Below are positions 57,749 to 64,000 of a stretch of 64,000 nt of DNA, one piece after another (the stretch's first letter is position 1; every line of letters starts with the position of its first letter). The position numbers were made by a program, and so were the translations under genes. The stretch is from Pyrinomonadaceae bacterium (GTDB lineage: Bacteria; Acidobacteriota; Blastocatellia; Pyrinomonadales; Pyrinomonadaceae), in the NCBI GenBank assembly GCA_046313635.1, contig JBKBYA010000011.1, positions 52,835 through 116,834 of the forward strand, read 5' to 3'. The notes beneath the pieces were generated by a model. The model was not told the DNA's origin, did not search any database, and saw only the letters and a program-made list of their open reading frames with translations.

Positions 57749-59590
57749 ATGCTCTACCCTCAGTACTTCATCGACGACCTTAAGAACCGCGCCGACCTCG
57801 TGCGGGTGATCCAACCGTACGCGGAGCTGAAGAAAAAGGGCGCGAATTGGATGGGGTGCTGCCCGTTTCATCAGGAAAAGACGCCTTCGTTCTCGGTCAA
57901 TCCGTCGAAAGGCTTCTACAAGTGCTTCGGCTGCGGGAAGGGCGGCACGGTCTTTAACTTTTTGATGGAGATGGAGGGCCTCAACTTTCCCGAGGCCGTC
58001 AAACGCGTCGCCGAGATCACCGGCATCCCGCTGCCCGAGCCGATCGACGACCAGCAGTACCAGCGAAACAAGCAGCGCCGCGAAGAGGCCAAGAAGATCT
58101 CGGACCAGATCGTCGATCTCAACCGCGTCGCGCTCGAATTCTGGGAAAGCGAGCTCCAGTCGCGGCCGGCCAAGGCGGCACGGGATTATCTCGCGGGCCG
58201 CGGGCTGTCGGCCGAGACCCAAAAGGCCTTTCGCATCGGATATTCGCCCGACAGCTGGGACGCGTTACTTAGTGTGCTGCGATCGACGGGTGCCGACGAA
58301 AAGCTGATCGCCCAAAGCGGCCTGGTCTCTGTGAACGAAGAAAAGGGCCGAACCTTTGACCGCTTTCGCGGGCGGATAATGTTTCCGGTGCTCGACGTCG
58401 ACGGCCGGCCGGTCGCCTTCGGCGCCCGCGCGATCAAGCCGGGCGACGAGCCGAAGTATCTCAATTCCGCCGAGACGGCCGCGTACGTCAAGGGCCAGCA
58501 TCTTTACGGGCTGTTTCAGGCAAAAGAAGAGATCCGTAAAAAGAAGTTCGCGATCCTTGTCGAGGGTTATCTCGATCTGATCTCGCTGTACCAGTTCGGC
58601 ATCCGAAATGCCGCGGCCAGCCTCGGCACGGCGCTCACGCCCGACCAGGCCAAGCTTCTCAACCGCTTTACAAAGCGCGTCGTGATCAATTACGACGGCG
58701 ACACGGCGGGCGTTAAGGCCGCGAGGCGGGCGATCGAGCATCTGCTGCCGCAGGATCTCGAGATCAAGGTGCTGGTGCTGCCGGACGGCAAAGATCCGGA
58801 CGACTTTGTCCGGGAGAGCGGTGCGGACGCCTACAACGAGGCACGCGGGCGGGCTCTGCCGTTCCTGGATTTTGTGCTCGATTCGGCGATCACCGGGCGG
58901 TCATTGACAAATCCAAAGCACAAGGCCGAGGCGATCGAAGAGGTCGTCCCGACGCTGGCGGCGATCAAAAACGCCATCCAAAAGCGCGAGAGCTTTGACC
59001 AGGCGATGAATTTCTTTCGGGTGGACGAGGGCGTCCGAGGCGAGCTCTGGCGAACCGTCAAGGCCGGCTCGCCAGAGGTGCCGAGCGTCGTCAAGCAGCA
59101 GGTCAAGCGTGCCGCACAGACCAAACCGACCGTCGCCGAGCAGATGCTGCTCGAGCTGCTCGTTTACGACCGCGAGCTGCGAGACACGATCTTTCCGATG
59201 GTCGAGCACTCGGATTACGAGGCCCTCGCGACGGCGTCGATCTTTGGCGCCCTTATCCAACTCCACGCCGAGGGCGAGGAGCCGAATCTGGAGAATCTGA
59301 CCGCCCTCACCGAGGGCGACGAGACGGCCGAAGACCTCGTTCCGCTGATCCTGATGACCGAGCCCAAGCGGGCCGCTGGCGAGACCATCGACGAAGTGCT
59401 GCACCAGGCCGAGAATTGCCTGATCTCTCTGCGGCTGATGGCGATAAACCGGCGGATCGCCGAGATTCTGCAGGAGCAAGTCCACGCCGAGCAGACGGGC
59501 GACCGTGAGCTGGCAAGCCAGCTCGTGCTCGAGCAGATCGAACTCGCAAAAATCAAGCTTGACTTCGAGCGAAGGATCGTGGAGGTGTGA
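57749..59590 (+). CDS. dnaG: DNA primase
   Basis: CPFHQEKTPSF..CFGC zinc finger, KYLNS, VEGYLD and YDGD. Confidence 0.97.
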   Translation: MLYPQYFIDDLKNRADLVRVIQPYAELKKKGANWMGCCPFHQEKTPSFSVNPSKGFYKCFGCGKGGTVFNFLMEMEGLNFPEAVKRVAEITGIPLPEPIDDQQYQRNKQRREEAKKISDQIVDLNRVALEFWESELQSRPAKAARDYLAGRGLSAETQKAFRIGYSPDSWDALLSVLRSTGADEKLIAQSGLVSVNEEKGRTFDRFRGRIMFPVLDVDGRPVAFGARAIKPGDEPKYLNSAETAAYVKGQHLYGLFQAKEEIRKKKFAILVEGYLDLISLYQFGIRNAAASLGTALTPDQAKLLNRFTKRVVINYDGDTAGVKAARRAIEHLLPQDLEIKVLVLPDGKDPDDFVRESGADAYNEARGRALPFLDFVLDSAITGRSLTNPKHKAEAIEEVVPTLAAIKNAIQKRESFDQAMNFFRVDEGVRGELWRTVKAGSPEVPSVVKQQVKRAAQTKPTVAEQMLLELLVYDRELRDTIFPMVEHSDYEALATASIFGALIQLHAEGEEPNLENLTALTEGDETAEDLVPLILMTEPKRAAGETIDEVLHQAENCLISLRLMAINRRIAEILQEQVHAEQTGDRELASQLVLEQIELAKIKLDFERRIVEV

Positions 59591-59711
59591 TATTATTTCA
59601 GTTTTTGGAAAGTACCCTCGAAATCTAAACAAAACTTCCCCGGGTCGCGTTAAGTAAAGATTTGCAAACAACGATTCGAGGGGCCTTGTTAATCAAATAT
59701 CGTACGGTTTT

Positions 59712-61445
<1,734 letters not shown>

Positions 61446-61468
61446 CCGGCCGTTCGGGCCAAAGACAT

Positions 61469-61506
61469 TGCGGGTGACAAGAGAAACTTCTTGTCACCCG
61501 CATTTT
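61469..61506 (+). terminator. intrinsic terminator after rpoD
   Basis: TGCGGGTGACAAGA-GAAACT-TCTTGTCACCCGCA-TTTT. Confidence 0.85.
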
Positions 61507-61527
61507 CGTTTCCTAGACTGAATTCAA

Positions 61528-61914
61528 ATGCATATCGGCGAGCAGATCTATTGGCTGGTAATCCTCTCGATCGTCGTGGCCTCGATCGCGTGGACCGTCA
61601 CGCAGGAAGAGATCTTCAGCGAATGGCGTGAGGCCGCCCGGGAGCGGAGCGAGAGCGGGTCGAACATCCTCGTCCGCAAATTTTTCTATGTCTGGACCTG
61701 CGAATACTGCTTCAGCCACTGGGTGACGATCCTCGTCTTGCTCCTCACCGGGTTTCAGCTGCTCATCGCCGATTGGCGCGGCTACGTCCTGTCGTTCTTT
61801 GCCCTGCCATGGCTCGCCAATCAATGGATGAGCGTATATCGACGCCTCCGCATCGGCATCAAGCACGAGAAGCTCCTCGCTAAAGAGGTCGAACAAAAGG
61901 TCGAGGACGACTAG
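61528..61914 (+). CDS. small membrane protein with CxxC (DUF1360-like)
   Basis: TM helices, 'EEIFSEWRE' and 'TCEYCFSHW'. Confidence 0.7.
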   Translation: MHIGEQIYWLVILSIVVASIAWTVTQEEIFSEWREAARERSESGSNILVRKFFYVWTCEYCFSHWVTILVLLLTGFQLLIADWRGYVLSFFALPWLANQWMSVYRRLRIGIKHEKLLAKEVEQKVEDD

Positions 61915-63362
61915 CCCTCGGCATCGATCAGCGACCTTGCGGCGCGTATCGCCTCGTCGAGGCCATTGATCCGGCCGTCGAGCTGAAGTTCGTAAACAGC
62001 GTCGAGGATGCGTTTGAAGTCGGGCGAAGGCTTGAGACCGAGTTCGATCAGGTGCCGGCCCATCAGTATCGGGTCAGGCGCCTTTTTTTCGACCTGCAGG
62101 CTGCGGACGCGCTCGATGAACCACTCCTGGGCTTCCGAGCCGAATCGCTTTTCCGCCGGCAGCCAGTCGGGATTGCGGCCGAGAGAGTCGGCCTTTGCGA
62201 CCCGATAGAGCAGATCGGGCTCGACCTTGCGTGCGAGCCGGCGAAACGCTCCGTCGCCGACCGGATTTTTTGACTCGGCCTTGTAAAATTCGCCGGGCTT
62301 GAGATGGTATCTGACAAGCTCGACGACCTGCGAGCGGACGTCGTAGCCGTTGAGCGTAAAGATGCCGAGGCGGTCGAGGAACGAAAGCGTCGGCTCGACG
62401 CCGGCCTCGTCATGACCGCGCGAGCGCGTCCGGCCGTCGACAAATTCGGTCGTCGGCGGCTTGCCGAGGTCGTGGCAGAGCGCGGCGAGCATCACGGTCA
62501 CCTGTTTTTCGTACGGCAAGTCGTCGATCAGCTTGCGGGCCTCGTCGGCGACCATCATCGTGTGAATGTCGACATCGCCCTCAGGATGCCATTCCGGCTC
62601 CTGCGGCACGCCGATGAGCGAGTCGAGCTCGGGAAAGATCTGACGGACAACGCCGAGATCGTAGAGCCAGCGCAGGCCGATCGATGGCCGCCTCGCCTTG
62701 AGCAGGAGCTTTTCCATCTCGCCCCATACTCGCTCGCGCGGCAGATCGGTGACGTCTATAGTTCGGCAGATCTCGACCGTTTCGGGCGCGATGTCAAACT
62801 CGAGCCGCGCGGCAAACCGCGCCGCACGCAGCACGCGGAGCGAGTCCTCGGCGAACGTCTCGGACGATACGTGCCGGATGATCTTTCGCGCGATGTCGCC
62901 GCGGCCGTCAAACGGATCGACGATCTCGCCCGTCAGCGGATCTTTGAGTATCGCGTTGATCGTAAAATCGCGCCGCCGGCAGGCGTCCTCAAAAGACATT
63001 TCCGGGTCGCCCTCGACGGCAAAGCTGCGATGCCCGCGGCCGACCTTCCTCTCACGCCGCGGCAGAGACACGTCGAGATCCTCGCCGAGCTTGTAGACCG
63101 CAAAGGCCTCGCCGACGACATTCAACTCGGGCTGGCGGCCGCAAGTGCCGCCGCCGCCCGCGGGAGAGGAGCGGCGAGAAACAAACTCCTCCAAGAGCGC
63201 CCGCAGCCGCGCGGGCTCGACGCCGTACACCTCGAGGTCCCAATCTTTTGGCTCGATGCCCATCAGCTCGTCACGCACGCAGCCGCCGACGAGCATCGCT
63301 CGCCCACCGGCGTTGGCGACCTTGCGAGCCAGTGACTCAACATTTGGTCTGCCGAGTTTCAC
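61911..63362 (-). CDS. cca: CCA tRNA nucleotidyltransferase with HD domain
   Basis: [34 protein letters not shown] and HDLGK. Confidence 0.92.
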   Translation of the reverse strand: MKLGRPNVESLARKVANAGGRAMLVGGCVRDELMGIEPKDWDLEVYGVEPARLRALLEEFVSRRSSPAGGGGTCGRQPELNVVGEAFAVYKLGEDLDVSLPRRERKVGRGHRSFAVEGDPEMSFEDACRRRDFTINAILKDPLTGEIVDPFDGRGDIARKIIRHVSSETFAEDSLRVLRAARFAARLEFDIAPETVEICRTIDVTDLPRERVWGEMEKLLLKARRPSIGLRWLYDLGVVRQIFPELDSLIGVPQEPEWHPEGDVDIHTMMVADEARKLIDDLPYEKQVTVMLAALCHDLGKPPTTEFVDGRTRSRGHDEAGVEPTLSFLDRLGIFTLNGYDVRSQVVELVRYHLKPGEFYKAESKNPVGDGAFRRLARKVEPDLLYRVAKADSLGRNPDWLPAEKRFGSEAQEWFIERVRSLQVEKKAPDPILMGRHLIELGLKPSPDFKRILDAVYELQLDGRINGLDEAIRAARSLIDAEG

Positions 63363-64000
63363 AATGCGGCGTCGAGCGGGCTCTGGACAAAATTCTTGTT
63401 CTTCAATACGTGTGTGTAGATCTGCGTCGTCCGCACGTCCTTGTGTCCAAGCAGTTCCTGGACGGTCCGTATGTCGTACTGGTTCTCGAGCAAGTGGGTG
63501 GCGAAGCTGTGGCGAAACGTGTGGCAGTTCCCGTGCTTGTGAACTCCGGCACGCTGCATCGCGGCCCGCACCGCCTTCTGGATCGGCGTTTCGGTGGCGT
63601 GATGGCGGCGGGGACTGCCGTCATCCCAAGAGGACGAGATCTTTGCCAACGGGAAAACGTATTGCCACGGCCACTCCCGCGCGGCGCCGGGGTATTTGCG
63701 AGAAAGAGCAAAGTCCATCGGCACCTCACCGAGACCGCGGGCGAGGTCTTCGCGATGAAGCAGTTTCACTTTCTCAAGGTGGTTCTTTAACATTTCGCGA
63801 AGACTCTCCGGCATCAGGGTAACGCGATCCTTGCCGCCCTTTCCCGCACGAACGGTTATGCTGCCCTTTTCGAAGTCGAGGTCTTTCACCCTTAACCGCA
63901 GCACCTCATTGAGTCGCAGCCCGGCTCCATACAAGAGACTAACTATCAGGCGATGCGTACCGGAGAGCTGATCTATGATCGCGCGGGCCTCAGCCTTGGT
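63359..64000 (-). mobile_element. intI: integron integrase (tyrosine recombinase); 5' end lies outside the window
   Basis: LYGAGLR, KGGKDR, the IntI-specific insert '[12 protein letters not shown]...[13 protein letters not shown]', [12 protein letters not shown] and LLGH..TTQIYTH. Frame is open to base 64000. Confidence 0.93.

Overview
GC-rich bacterial chromosomal window, most likely an Acidobacteriota (Blastocatellia-like) genome. That assignment is an inference from the FG-GAP/delta-60 surface proteins, pilSR-pilA-ABC synteny and repeat types. Most of the window is housekeeping or envelope genes: fabG-like SDR, glycolipid glycosyltransferase, iscS-like desulfurase, prolyl oligopeptidase, class A PBP, waaF/gmhB, lpxD, priA, mutS2-dnaG-rpoD, cca, three amidohydrolases, a type IV pilin locus with duplicated pilA, and the 3' part of an integron integrase at the right edge. 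Two regions stand out. (1) A lower-GC island (about 17.15-19.56 kb) has two copies of a ~135-bp sigma70 promoter / structured RNA / intrinsic terminator module, each placed directly in front of putative nuclease or defence genes (a PD-(D/E)XK-like protein; a DUF5343-like + HEPN pair). This resembles type III toxin-antitoxin or attenuated defence loci. (2) A 99-aa secreted GIIVAG-repeat peptide is driven by the same variant sigma54 promoter as the pilins and is divergent from a membrane-bound GGDEF-EAL protein (candidate peptide signal or functional amyloid). Several REP/REPIN-like palindromes and heptamer/nonamer micro-arrays occur, some inserted in frame in genes. No rRNA, tRNA or CRISPR array was recognised. 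All family calls come from motif recognition by eye, without database searches.
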